DNA of 63,853 nt, counting the filler, from Octopus bimaculoides (lineage: Eukaryota): assembly GCF_001194135.2 (NCBI RefSeq). It is 7 parts of 7 records of this genome, joined end to end, with 100 filler letters (N's around TTAATTAATTAA, not from the genome) between each part and the next. Parts side by side here need not be neighbours in the genome. Positions count along the whole stretch, not along the records: positions 35,479 to 51,765 come from NC_068992.1; 6 more parts are not named here. One strand, written 5' to 3'. Shown piece after piece: positions 36,851 through 50,689 of the stretch. The notes under the pieces were generated by a model, which was not told the origin of the DNA, searched no databases, and was given only the letters and a program-made list of their open reading frames with translations. The translations under genes and the position numbers were made by a program. The first letter of the stretch is position 1; every line of letters begins with the position of its first letter.

Positions 36851-36962
36851 TGTTACCTCCAAGGTTTTCTTTTCCTACTGGCCACTTGATAAAATCATGA
36901 AAGTGGTTTCATCCTTAATTCTACATAAAGAAAATATATATATATATAAGTGTTGTTGTTGT

Positions 36963-36996
<34 letters not shown>

Positions 36997-37123
36997 GTTA
37001 TTTAAACATTTTGACTAGGCTCCATGCGAATTAAAGTTTCGCATACTTCTTACAGATTCTGTTATCTGAGATTCAACAAGCCGAGATTTCGTAAGAAGCC
37101 TGGCAAACTTTAAGATGCATGAC

Positions 37124-37174
<51 letters not shown>

Positions 37175-37176
<2 letters not shown>

Positions 37177-37330
37177 GCATCGAAAAATACCTTAGGAATG
37201 AGAACCTAGGTTCGAAATTTCCCCCAAGAGACCTGAAGAAGGCTGGAGGGTATATCAGCCGAAAAGTTGTGTTAACAACAAACAAGATGGGGATAAATAT
37301 CCGTCGAATGTAAATAATGTAAATGCAAAT
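37175..37330 (+). mobile_element. PLE terminal (pseudo-LTR) fragment after (AAT)n
   Basis: Contains a hammerhead core; related fragment at 24495. Confidence 0.6.
37228..37273 (+). ncRNA. Minimal type-I hammerhead ribozyme motif
   Basis: GAGAC-CTGAAGA-A-GGCTG(GAGGGTATAT)CAGCC-GAAA-AGTT-GTGTT. Confidence 0.65.
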
Positions 37331-38267
37331 GTAGTTTAAAATTTACGGCAGCTTCTTCGGTAGACTTCTGTTAATGCATTCATAGACTGACGCGAATGAC
37401 GCACTATTCGTCTGGGTGGATGTAAAACATCTTAACTGTTTAAAATCTTATATCATTAAAAATTTTTTATGTTAGGGTGTAATCTTCTAGGAATGCTATA
37501 ATAAAATTCTACCGAAACAGCTGTCTTACATTTTAAACGCCATTTGTATTCAATTTTTATACTGAGGCCACACCAAGAACCAACCACAGAATCGGATCTA
37601 CTGTTTCAATTCAACTTAGTGCTTGCATATTTAGAGTCCCCTACCAACACTTGATATCTGTAATGTTGCTACTTCCCTCTATGTCATCGTACCCAGCAAA
37701 TTCTGATGCGCCAAGATTGTAATGAATCCTTATAAACTGGAACGCTGTAATCTACAAGTTTTTTTCATTCTCCCTCTGTTTATTTTCTCCTATTCCTTTC
37801 TGTTGAAGAGCGTAGGCTCAAAACATAAAAGACTTTTTCATTTTCCCGAGAGCCAAACTAATACACTTACTTGTTATTCATACACCCGTGTTCGCTTTTT
37901 GTTTTTCTATAAATTTCAATCCTTATACGCGCGCGTGTGTGTATGTGTGTGTGTGTACACTGAGAAAGAGAGATGCATGTGTAAGTTTATATATATATAT
38001 ANNNNNNNNNNNNNNNNNNNNNNNNNNNNNNNNNNNNNNNNNNNNNNNNNNNNNNNNNNNNNNNNNNNNNNNNNNNNNNNNNNNNNNNNNNNNNNNNNNN
38101 NNNNNNNNNNNNNNNNNNNNNNNNNNNNNNNNNNNNNNNNNNNNNNNNNNNNNNNNNNNNNNNNNNNNNNNNNNNNNNNNNNNNNNNNNNNNNNNNNNNN
38201 NNNNNNNNNNNNNNNNNNNNNNNNNNNNNNNNNNNNNNNNNNNNNATATATATATATATATATTTAA

Positions 38268-38301
<34 letters not shown>

Positions 38302-41224
38302 GCGTGTATGTATGCATATATGAATGTTTAACAACGAATATATGTTAAATGCGTATAACATATTATATTACAAAGATATAGTTCCCAAGTGAAATATGAG
38401 CATCTAGTATTTGCAATGTATAAATCCTAATATATAATATGTATAACTCTATGTATATATACATACTGTCAACTTCATATATATTTCTGTCCTATACGTC
38501 AAAAATGAACATGATAACTATCCGCTGTTATCGGATATTGACACAAGTGTTACTTTTTGTTTTGTCACGAATGCTATTCTTGAAATTCAGCAATTTATGC
38601 ATCGCTCTCAATATTTTATTCCATTCACCATGACTTTTATACTGAAAAGAAAACAAAGTCATCAACGCTGCTAAGATTAACTTGTAAATTTATGAAATTA
38701 TTTTGGTTTCGTGTATCCAAAACTTTTGGATTTTATTAAATTGAAAAATTCCATATACTTCATATAATTTTGCTGTCAGCATATATTTTTTCCAATTTGG
38801 CTTATGTTTATGTTTCTTTTGGAACACGAAACCAAAATACTCCAATATTTCACAATATTTTGCATCCCTCATCACAAATAATACACACACACACAGTAAT
38901 CTTGAAGATACACACACATACGCACACATACGCACACGGGTATATATTTAGGATAGTTGAAATATGTTTGTCACATATTTCAACTGCTAAAGGCAAATAC
39001 ACTGCAGTTACCTTCGAGAAAAATCTCTCTTATGGTAAAAAGGTTTGAAAACACCCAGTTCATTCAGTGTCGCCCTCTCTTGGTAATCTCAGACACCGAT
39101 GTTTCCAGTTTATTGACTGTTATCGATGAGATGTACGAGGAGAGAAGCGACGAGAGAAGCGAGGAGAGAAAGCGAGAAGAGAATAATTCTCTATATGTAC
39201 GGTCATTCTCATGTTATTACAAGAACTAATCGGGAAATACTTTTAGAAGAGGAAAGGAATGTGAAACGAAAACATGTTATATCAGGATTCATATTAACAT
39301 TACGGGTTTTCAAGTCTGTACGTACACGTATGATGGCATACCCCGATTAATTCTATGAACTTATGAATATTAGGATTTGGTTTTTCAAGAATGATAGATA
39401 CTTTAGGGTACACAGATGAGAGAAAGCATTCGATTGTGTAAACGCTGGTACTTTAGCTAAGAATCGCCATTTAATGATATTTTACGAGAACCAAATATGT
39501 CTTGCTTCGTTTGTATTCAATTTTCTTTCTTTGTAGTGTTCGAAATGGATAATTATGTTAATAGTGCCTACTCTTAAATTGATTACCAGTTATAACTATA
39601 TAATCAATGTCGTTTTTGGTTAAAGTATCATGTGACAGTTGCTGCATATATAATTGATTTTCCAGGCAGTTATCTTTCGTTAAGTATATTGTTTGAGAGT
39701 CGCAATTTCATTTCCGAGTTTTATTGATTTTTCTCTGGTACATCGACATATTCATTATTATATTTATCGTGTTCCCGTGTCGTCATAAATAGTGACAATT
39801 TTATTATATAAAAGGGAATTTTATTTTCAATTGTGAATATAAACTTGTTTTTTTTTTCTGAGTGTTTACGACACACACTTCGCCTGGAGCAACGGTTAGG
39901 AATGAGCAAATATTTCTGGGAAGTTTAGAGATTGTCAGTATGACCGCCCAAATCCAAGATCGTTAGCGAGGCACTATTTTATGTATGAAGGTACCTGGTG
40001 TGCCACAGATTGCAAAATGGATGCAACAGAACACGTTGCAAGCAGTCCCAAATATAATGGACTCTAGCGGGATAGGTCGAAACGATCGTCGTACAAAATA
40101 AAGACTGATACCAAATCTTACTTCTGGTTATTTAATCAATTATTACCTCAACTAACACTGTGGAATTACTGAAGTAGATCCAACGGAAATATACCCCAAC
40201 TGCGGATGACGCCAGATAGCCCAAACCGCTCTACTCAACACTTCAACACACGAATCGACATATACTCATCAGTTCAAAATATTTTCATATATATACGCAC
40301 ACACACACACACACACATACATACATACATACATACATATATACATATATATANNNNNNNNNNNNNNNNNNNNNNNNNNNNNNNNNNNNNNNNNNNNNNN
40401 NNNNNNNNNNNNNNNNNNNNNNNNNNNNNNNNNNNNNNNNNNNNNNNNNNNNNNNNNNNNNNNNNNNNNNNNNNNNNNNNNNNNNNNNNNNNNNNNNNNN
40501 NNNATACGTGTATGTATGTATGTATGTATCTGCACGTTCGTGCCTGTCAAATCATTGGGGGTGGAATCATGCTAAAACAATGTGAGGAATCGCATTGTGT
40601 GCATCGCGTACAACTTTCCTGAGCGAAGCAAATACATCTCTGCAACTTGTGCAATTCTCAGAGATAACAGAAATGGTCCTGAAATCATGGATACTCCTTA
40701 AGAATGTAGAAAGAGTGGCTAAAATTGTGAAAAATATCTAAAAATTTCTTCCTTATCCATTTATTTCCCGCCCTTCTCTCTCCCTCCCACACTTCCATCC
40801 CACTCCTCGCTCCCCTCTCTGCCCGTTTCATCTCTCTCTCCAACCCCTTTAACTCACCCCTCTCGCTCCATCTCTTACCTTCAATTTACTTATTTTCTAT
40901 ATTATTTTATATTCTATAATTTCTCAGACTATATAAAAGCGATTTCGCTAATAACATCTGTATCATAAATCTATGATTCTATGATGTATTAATTCTAGAG
41001 ACAATAAACTGAAGTTTTTCCAGATGGCAAATAGACAAAAAGACAGAGATCGACTATACAGGATGGTTGCTCTTTAGTCTATATTTAACACAAAGCTCTC
41101 ATTTATGTTTTTGTGTAGGAACAATAGGCAAGGGTGAAGTTCATTTTGTTCTGTTTGTTTTTTTAACTCTAGAGCAATAACTAACTTAAGCGATGTGAAA
41201 TGTTTTCAACTGTCAATTGATATC

Positions 41225-41503
41225 CGCTTTGTTAACACGTATATCATATATCTTTCATCTTTTACTTGTTTCAACTATTGGCCTGCGGCTGTGCTGGAGC
41301 ACCCCATTGAAAGGATCTAGTCGAGCAAATTCATCACGATACTTATCCTTTCTGTGTTGTTTTTTTTTTTTTTTTTATTCTGGTTCTTATTCTATCTATT
41401 TCATTATCGAATTGAAAGTTGTGAATCACATACATAAACAAAGCAGCACCGGTCTGCAAGCTGTTGTGGGTGACAAACACAGGTAGAAAAACACTCAGGC
41501 AAA

Positions 41504-41591
<88 letters not shown>

Positions 41592-41720
41592 CACATACAC
41601 GCACCACACATACACATATGTGCACACGCACATATAAATACGACGAGTTTCCATATTGTTTCCGTCTACCAAAAGTTGCTGGTCAACCTTGGCTATGATA
41701 GAAGACCCAAGATGCCACGC
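41225..41720 (-). mobile_element. Decayed SINE-C with expanded internal (CA)n
   Basis: TTTTACTTGTTTCAACTATTGGCCTGCGGCTGTGCTGGAGCACC...GATGCCACGCAGCG. Confidence 0.75.
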
Positions 41721-41768
41721 AGCGAGCTCCTAAAGCATACAGTCTTAGTTGCGTAGCATAATTGTTAT

Positions 41769-42033
41769 TGTTGTATAGTGAAACTGTATACCCCGCCCGG
41801 TAAAAAGTGGGAGGAGTCATCCATTACAAATAGACCAGTAGCCAGTCGTCAAGAGAGGGTCGAGAGTCGACAGTACTAGTCGGGGGTCTTGTGGAGCTAT
41901 CAGCGATAGTAAGACAGAAGTTAGTGTATTACTATTCGGGTACGAAGTGATACAACGGTATCCGTTGATTAGTAACTATTGTGGCTACTAGCGTAAAACA
42001 GCAACTATAGCACAACGGCAGTCACACATCACA
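41769..42033. mobile_element. Candidate solo LTR
   Basis: TGT...ACA termini around a GC- and CpG-richer unique body; no TSD, PBS or clear PPT. Confidence 0.3.
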
Positions 42034-42309
42034 CCAGTGGGACGAACCCACTTTATATCAGTTATCCCCCATTTTCCACTAGGATAACGATTGTTTTTCC
42101 AGGAAAAGAAACAAAAGCGAAATTATGTTTTATCAATAGAAAAGAAGAATTGGGACGTTGTAACATTCATGCTTTTCTAGGAAACTGTTGATGCGAAGCG
42201 AATTCTGAGTATCAAGTGAAAATTCAATATCTGTTATCAGTAATCAATATAGACTATTGACAATAGATAATTATTACAAGAAACTGTAAGTTACATATTG
42301 CGAAATATC

Positions 42310-42752
42310 GATTTCAAATTTTGGCACAAGGCCAACAATTTTGTAGGAGGGGTTAAGTCGATTACATCGACCCCATTGCTCAACTGGTATTTATTTTATC
42401 ACCCGAAAGGATGAAAGGCAAAGTGTACCTCAGCGGAATTTGAACTCAGAACGTAAAAGGCGGACGAAATGCCGTTAAGAAACCTTTTGTTGTTGTTGTT
42501 GTTGTTGTTGCTGTTGTTGCATAAGCATCATAAGATGAAGATCAATTTGTGGTAGAAACCAACTTTTTCAGTGGGGGCGTAAGTCGATTACATGGACGCC
42601 AGTGTTAAACAAATACTTATTTTATCGAAGCCAAAAGGGTGATGAATGGTGAGGTCGACCTCGGCGGAATTTGAGCTCAGAATGCAAAGACGGACAAATT
42701 GCTGCTAAGCATATATCACGGTGCGCTTACGATATTTCCATCACGCAACTTT
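42310..42752 (-). mobile_element. Two SINE-A copies separated by (GTT)n
   Basis: Family-A reverse motifs. Confidence 0.85.
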
Positions 42753-43168
42753 AATATTAATAATAGTAATAATCTCATTAGTAGTGCTAGTAGGAGCAAA
42801 AGTGGAATGTTTGTTTGAACCGATAGAAACATAACATGTAAGATTGTATAAATTATTGTTGTTAAACAAGGGAAAGCTAGACAATGTAGGTTAGGTATAA
42901 GATTCTTAGTGGTGTTTAATTTCGTCTGTTCAGATTTGATTTCAAAAATTTTTACCAGGGTCACGAGAAGTATCAATTGTTTTCACCAGCATTGTATAAG
43001 ATACAGGGAAGTTATTGTTATCACAACTGTTGTCGAATAGAAGAAAGAAGATTTTCTCCCAGACACGGATAGACGCTGAGATTTCATCCGTTCGACTTCT
43101 GCATTACTCTTTACTCTTTACTCTTTTACCTGTTTCAGTCATTTGACTGCGGCCATGCTGGAGCACCG

Positions 43169-43260
<92 letters not shown>

Positions 43261-44125
43261 TGTGTGCGTGTGAAACAGTCTCTCTTTTTAATTATAACGC
43301 AGTATGTTCACAGTTTTGCTTTTGACAGAAACGTCACCTTTTAAGCGTGGACATTAGGTTCTTTAGTTTCATCTTCCTTTCATGTATAATAAAATGACAA
43401 CCAGTCAAGTGCTGGATATTAAATCCAATCCATTACAAAGCCTCTATTAAAAAAATGTAAGACTGTTATTTAATGGCAAGAATAGCAATTAAGCAATGAT
43501 TTGGATGTACCTCAAATTAACACCTGTCTACAGCAAACTGAACACTTGTAGAAATATATTTTAAATATATTTCAACGCGTACGTCAATGAATGCCGTGAA
43601 AAAATGCAAATGACAGAGTTAAGGCTATCCTTGCTATTGCCAAAAATCCTGTGTCAAGCATGTGTGACGTCATTTTGTTAGTATGATCGCTTGGTTGCTA
43701 GTTTAATTGTTTCTCATACGGGGTTGTTGCTTTTTTTGTGTGTTTGTGTGACTCTACTGTATTTGGTGAACATGTGTGTTTGTATTCACACGAACAATGT
43801 CTCTCTCGTTATCTATAACTAGTTCGTAGTCAACAACATAATAACCTTTGATCCGTTTAACTGAAGATTTCAATTAAAAGCCTCCATATGACCAAATTTC
43901 AAATTAACGTTGATTGCAGTAATTTTCCTTGTTTGTTTTCGTTGTGTGGCTATCGTTGTTCTTTATGGATTTTTGGTGTTTTTTTTACTCTTTTTATTAT
44001 TTTTGTCTATTTATATTTTGCTTTTGTAAATAAGATGCCGCATTTCGTCACTGCTTACACGTGCTAGATACTAAACAGACTAGTAATATAGATAAACAAA
44101 ATCGTACAGGAAAGCTGATAAGGGC

Positions 44126-44183
<58 letters not shown>

Positions 44184-44290
44184 ATTTATGCGTATGTATG
44201 TCTGAAGGTGGGTTATACGTATTTAATTGGTTTCAGACAGAGGCTGTGGTCATACAGTGGCACCACCATTTAAAAGAAATTCCTTTAGAG

Positions 44291-44569
44291 CAGTGGTTCC
44301 GAAAGTGAGCGATATCGCCCCTTTGGGGCTGGTGGAAAGATCCAAGGGGCGTTGAAGAATCATGGGGCGATAATGGGGTGACCAAAACGGTGCAATGGAT
44401 GTAGAAAAAAATGAAGGGTTAATTAGATTAAGTCTTATTTGTGAAATACTCTTGTTTTGAATTTGCTGCAGTAAATGGTCTATATCTGTAATGGTGTGTG
44501 GTGGGAGTGCACTAGGAATGAGCCCCTAGAACCAAGGGGGCTCAGCCTGAAAAAGTTTGGGAACCACTG
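44291..44569. mobile_element. hAT (Charlie-like) MITE
   Basis: TIR CAGTGGTTCCGAAAGT / AGTTTGGGAACCACTG; 8-bp TSD CTTTAGAG / CTTTAGGG. Confidence 0.85.
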
Positions 44570-44624
44570 CTTTAGGGTAATCCACATCAAGGTAGCATAA
44601 AGTACTACTTGCATGTTTATGTTT

Positions 44625-45045
44625 TTCTAAAGGCCAACAATTTCTGGGGAGGGGTTATGTCCATGTAATAGACCCCGGTGTTCAGCTGGTACTCATTTCA
44701 TCGACCACGTAAGATTGAAAGGCAAAGCCAACCACTGCGGGATTTGAACTCAGAACGTAAAAAAAAACCGGACGAAATACCACTAGGCATTTTGCCCGGG
44801 AGTACTAACGAGTCCGCCAGCTCCCCGCCTAATAATAATGATAATCTAATAATAATCATTTCTAATATAGGCACAAGGCTATTGACACCAGTGTTTCACT
44901 GCTATTTATTGTATGACCTCGAAAGAATAAAAGGCAGAGGCGACCTCTGCGGGATTTGAACTCAGAACGAAAAAGAAAAAAAAACGAGCGAAATGACATT
45001 AAGCATTTTTCCCGGTGTGCTAACGATTCAACCAGCTCGTCCCAC
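44625..45045 (-). mobile_element. Two tandem SINE-A copies
   Basis: Family-A reverse motifs separated by (AAT)n. Confidence 0.85.
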
Positions 45046-45612
45046 TCCTGTGCTTTAACAATGATACACCCAACAGTCCTACGGCCGCTGTATCGAGTCA
45101 TGGCATCGATGAGACATAGCTGATAAGTTTGGTACGACATTTCGAGCTTGTAATCTCTAATCTCTTCCGGGAGGGGAAGGGAGCTTTCCCTCAGGTGATA
45201 ATAAGATAGGTTCATCTCCCTTTGTGACCCTAGAGCGTGGGTGTATAAATGTGTGTGTGTACGTATATGTATGTGTGCTTATGTGTAAATATATGCCTGT
45301 ATCCATATATATAAGTATATGTGTGTAACTTCGTGTTTGTCTCATGACGCTTGACAGTAGCTGTTGGTTCAGTTAAGATCTACGCATTTTGGCGGTTCTA
45401 CAGAAAAAGACCGATGGAATAAGGAATTGTCTTAAAGTAACGATTAAGGTCTGTTTGATCGCATAACTCATTTCCGACACTGCCCCCCCGCATGGTCGCA
45501 ATCCAATAAATTAAAAAGAAACGAATAAAGAAATATGAGAATATGCTAATGTGTGTGTTTGTGTATGTATGATCATGTTCATATATTACGTAATTACTTA
45601 TACATCAAATAC

Positions 45613-45652
<40 letters not shown>

Positions 45653-45734
45653 ATTAACGTGACATACATACGTATATATGGATATACATTACACACCAAA
45701 ACATATATAGTATATATATATATATACGCGCATA

Positions 45735-45767
<33 letters not shown>

Positions 45768-46148
45768 GCATGTATATGTATGTATATGTATGTANNNNNN
45801 NNNNATATATATATATATACATATACACACACACACAGATTCACACTTTACACACACAAAAACATTCACATATATGCATAGATTACTCACAGGTAATTAT
45901 CTCTATGTATAATTGCATCCATATGTATAAATGCATCCATATTTACATCATGTGTGTCAGTGTGCGTGTATATATATATATATATATATATATGCATAGA
46001 CGTATACAATTATATATAGAGATAATTACCGGTGAGTAATCTAAGCATACATATGAATGTTTTTTTTTGCGTGTTTAAGTGTGATTGTGTGTGTTTTGAA
46101 TATGGGGAATGTATAATTACGTGTTATGTGTACTTCTGTAGAAAGAAT

Positions 46149-46210
<62 letters not shown>

Positions 46211-46589
46211 ATAGCCATACACCAAATATAATGATGTGGTTTAATTAATTAATTACGTTAAAAAATTTCCAGTTGCGTAAACAAATTAGTTGATTTAATG
46301 TTTTTCTTTCCTTTTTTAATATTTTTTTATTGCTGTATACATTTCCTCTTCCATTATGTATCAAAATATCACAAATTAATTAGACGTTCACGTTAACTAC
46401 TTGGAGGAGAGATCACTGTATCGAATCTGTGACGGATGATACCGTTTGCATAACTATTATGGTGTGTCTTTCTTGCAAGTGGAATTCGAAGTGCCAGAGC
46501 CTTTTAGGAGCAAATGTCGGAGTTTCTTTCATATTAAACAAATCTAACATTTATTTAATTTTTTTTCCCTAAATATCATGCTATGATGT

Positions 46590-46822
46590 GGAGGCGCAAT
46601 GGCCCAGTGGTTAGGGTAGCGGACTCGCGGTAATAATATCACAGTTTCGATTCCTAGACCGGGCGTTGTGAGTGTTTATTGAGCGAAAACACCTGGCTCC
46701 GGCAGGGGATAGTGGCGAACCCTGCTGTACTCTTTCACCACAACTTTCTCTCACTCTTACTTCCTGTTGTGCCTGTAATTCGATGGGTCAGCTTTGTCAC
46801 GCTGAATATCCCCGAGAACTAT
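46590..46822 (+). mobile_element. tRNA-derived SINE family B
   Basis: GGAGGCGCAATGGCCCAGTGGTTAGG A-box, GTTTCGATTCC B-box, non-tRNA body. Confidence 0.85.
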
Positions 46823-46949
46823 TTATATAGTTTGAAACATAACGTTACCAGCCAGTGCCATCGCCCATACGCACATTAACATCATAAATAAATATTAATA
46901 CATGGTAGCTTAGTCAACTAAATTGCACAAGTATTGAGTTTCGTCTTTT

Positions 46950-46987
<38 letters not shown>

Positions 46988-47568
46988 GCGGGTGGGGTTT
47001 AGATTCATAAAGTGGTATTAGGTGTCTTATACTATATAGAAAAACACATATGGCTCCCGCGATGGAATTCAGATAACAACTAGGTAGCTAAGTGTTGTAT
47101 GTTAACCCCCATTGTTGATGCTTATGTATGTGATATCACCAATGTTTATTTATTTCGTTACTTTTGCTTTTATTATTCTATGTATGTATGTATGTATGTT
47201 TGTATGTATGTATGTATGTATGTATGTATGTATGTATGTATGTATGTGTATGTATGCATGTACGTACGCATGTGTAAATGTATGCATGTATGTACGTATC
47301 TATGCATGCATATAGTGGTGAATGGATGCATTGATGCACACACAAACATTGACATAAACCTATATATACATTTTATCTTTTATTTTTACTTGTTTCAGTC
47401 ATTAGACAGCGGCCATGCTGGGGCACCGACTTAAAGAATATTAGTCCAACAAATCGTATGTATTTATATATGTATTTATTTATTTATGTACGTAAATATG
47501 TATGTATGTTTGTATGTATGCTTACTTTTTCTTTAACAAATATTTAAGTTCTTAACGACATCCAAAGT

Positions 47569-47704
47569 CACTAGCGTAGCTAGAGTGTGGTGCCGCCCGG
47601 GGCAGCCACAAAAAAAAACACATATTGCCTACAGCAGACCCTGCAAAAGTGCCACCCGGGGTGGACCACCTCCACCTTCCCCACCCCGCCTAGCTACGCT
47701 AGTG
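47569..47704. mobile_element. 136-bp hAT-type MITE
   Basis: Perfect 15-bp TIR CACTAGCGTAGCTAG; 8-bp TSD TCCAAAGT / TTCAAAGT. Confidence 0.9.
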
Positions 47705-48477
47705 TTCAAAGTGACTAGATTCCTTTGTTTAAACAAAGCATTTTCTTTCCTAGGGTTTCAGAATATATACGTACGTTAATATGAGCATATAGGCGGTTGT
47801 ATATATGTTTTTTTTCTCTTTTTTAACAGTAGCATAGACATTTGGTTGTTCGATTACTAATGCTGGGCCAGAGATATACTAATGCATCAGCTACTGAGAA
47901 TGACACTTAGTTCTTTCACCTCCTTCATCAATGTGCCGTGTAGTAGGGCTGAACTCGAAACACATAGTTACAAAGAGAACGTCTCGATCACACGGCACAT
48001 TAATTTCATTGCTAATTTTTCTCGTATGTCTTAAAATCGAGGTAAGGCATCAGACTACCATCGAACATAGCTTGAGTTCGATCTGCTGTTGTTGTTTTAA
48101 TCCCAGATCACTTTTCATTAAATGTTTCAGCCGACACTATCATATCTCTTTTTTTTTTTTTTTGTTTCGTTCGCAGTGTATGTAGGCCAACGTTATCGAA
48201 CAAACACTGTATTTGATAACGTAGGATGTGATTTGAGAGCGACTTGTCTGATAATTGTAGTCTGTCAACCAACTCTGTCAATGTTCTCGTTTTAGGTCTA
48301 ATTACATCGCATTGTATGATTAGAGAGAATAGTTGATTTTGTACACCCTCCTCCCCTTCATTTGGCCTACTTATTGCGACAGCATATGAGATCTCGTATT
48401 ATAGCCTAATAATAGGCCAACGTCATGCCAAGGTTAGAACTTTATCTCTGAGAACCTAAGGTCATGATGCATATACC

Positions 48478-48521
<44 letters not shown>

Positions 48522-48629
48522 NNNNNNNNNNNNNNNNNNNNNNNNNNNNNNNNNNNNNNNNNNNNNNNNNNNNNNNNNNNNNNNNNNNNNNNNNTTGGTA
48601 TCTACAAGATCCAACGAGTGCCAGGTAAC

Positions 48630-48808
48630 GCTTAGTAAGTGCTATGGACAAACCGTAGTTTTGGTCGAACACATCGACCCCAAGACTTATTCTTTGCAAG
48701 GCTAGTACTTATTCTATTGGTCTCTTTTGCCGAACTGCAATGTTACAAGGAGGTAAACACACCAACATCGATTGTCAAGCGATGGGTGGGACAGACACAG
48801 TCACACCA

Positions 48809-48858
<50 letters not shown>

Positions 48859-48960
48859 ACATACATACATACATACATACATACATAGGACAGAATTCTT
48901 TCAGTTTCCATCTACCAAATCCATTCACAAGGCTTTGGTCGGCACGAGGCTATCGCAGAA
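48630..48960 (-). mobile_element. SINE-C, 5'-truncated, with internal microsatellite
   Basis: Family C reverse body. Confidence 0.85.
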
Positions 48961-48967
48961 GTGTCTA

Positions 48968-49184
48968 GAGTTGAAAAGAATCGTTAGCACGTTAGGTAAA
49001 ATGCTTTGCGGCATTTTGTCAGGCTTTGCGTTTTGAGCTCAAATTTTGCATAGGTCGACTTTGCCTTTCATCCTTTCGGGGTCGATTAAATAATTACCAT
49101 TTATGCGCTGGTTCTGATGTAATCGACTTAATCCCCTCTCCAAGCTCCCCTTGTGGCAAAAATTTTAAATCATCATCATCATCA

Positions 49185-49251
<67 letters not shown>

Positions 49252-49450
49252 GGCGTCGAGCTGATGGAATCGGTAGCGCCAGCCGAAACACTGCCTAACA
49301 TTACGTCCGACTTCTCGTACTGAGTTCAAATTCTGTAGAGGTTGACTTTATGGTCTATCTTTTCGGAGACGACAAATTCACCGGGGTCGATGTAATCGAA
49401 TAAAATTTCCTCCTTCTAAAATGTCTGGCCTTATGCCTATAGTGGAAAGA
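48968..49450 (+). mobile_element. Two SINE-A copies joined by (CAT)n(ATT)n
   Basis: Family-A motifs. Confidence 0.85.
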
Positions 49451-49699
49451 TTCATTAACATAATTATTATTATAACCACGCAGTTACGCAGCTACATATA
49501 AAGAAATCTGCATTAAAATACAGTTTCTTTACATTATATCGCTAAAAGTGACGCGGCTCATCGTTTAAAATGGTGTATTAGATAATATCATCGATGCTAT
49601 CTCTGATGCCAGTATATATTTCAGCACTAAGCGATTGCTTAGTAACAGATCTTATTGATGCTGGCTTGTTTCCTGTGTAACAGACTGCTGGTAATTATC

Positions 49700-50375
49700 C
49701 GAAACCATTCAGCTGTTGACAAAGATTTATTTGGTAGCACAAAACTAACAATGGCTACAGACCCATCGTTTCTACACTTCACATCTCTCGCTGTAACAGC
49801 AACCTTTACGAGTCGGAACTCAGCAATGTCTCATACGAACTGTTCTGTAGTTCAACTGCCGTGAAGATAGCTGATTTCAATGTTTCGTCCTGCATGCTTT
49901 TCCTGAAGATAAGAGAGACAGGCCGAAGTGTCCAAGCTTGGGTTGCGTTTTAGTAAATGCTGAAGAAATAGAAATGATTAATGCAGTAGTATTAGTTGAT
50001 AGGAAGAGTAAGGAGAAAAAGAGAGAAGGAAAGTGTGAGATGGTCGGGAAGTCTGGTTTGAGGAGGAGACAGGCGGAGGACGAGGTAGGAAGAGATAGCC
50101 GCCTTATGCGAACAGAAAGTAGATGGTGTCCAAGTAAATAATGGGAGGAGAGACATTCCCGTGGCGCTGTCCATGCAAAAGTCCCTCCCTCTTCATGTCA
50201 ACAATATTGAACTTCATTGTCGTTTTCCTAATAATTGTCCATGAAAAGGGTCCATCATTTTGGGATTTATTTCCTCGCGGTTCACGTTTTCCTCCACAAG
50301 TGTCGAAATATGATGGTTCAAACTGAAATGAAATACGATAACCCGATACTTTCACCCGTCTGATCCGGGCTACGA
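49700..50375 (-). mobile_element. Probable highly decayed 5' region of a Penelope-like element
   Basis: C/T-rich strand; LNHHISTL...NPK...FH and SYL...SPP...HL recall PLE N-terminal regions; GCCC...GGGT-GAAA stem upstream. Memory-based similarity only. Confidence 0.4.
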
Positions 50376-50471
50376 AGATCGGTAGTACTCCTGACAGTAT
50401 TCTTTACAGGAATTACAAAAAGAAAAGAAAAAGAGATAGAAAGGTACGAAAATATATTCACAATACATACA

Positions 50472-50524
<53 letters not shown>

Positions 50525-50525
<1 letters not shown>

Positions 50526-50689
50526 ACAGGTGCAGGAGTGGCCGTGTCGTATGGTAAGTAGCTTCCTGACCAACCACGTGGTTCTGGGTTCAGTCCCACT
50601 GCGTAGCACGTTGATCTAGTGTCGTCTAATACAACATCGAGCAGACCAAAGCCTTGTGAGTGGATTTGGTAGACGGAAACTGAAAGAAG
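50525..50689 (+). mobile_element. SINE-C 5' half running into a gap
   Basis: CAGGTGCAGGAGTGGCCGTG...GGGTTCAGTCCCACTGCG...GAAACTGAAAGAAG. Confidence 0.85.

Noticed and set aside
46590-46665. tRNA gene
   Set aside because: A and B boxes are present, but there is no full cloverleaf or T-run terminator and it continues into a SINE body.
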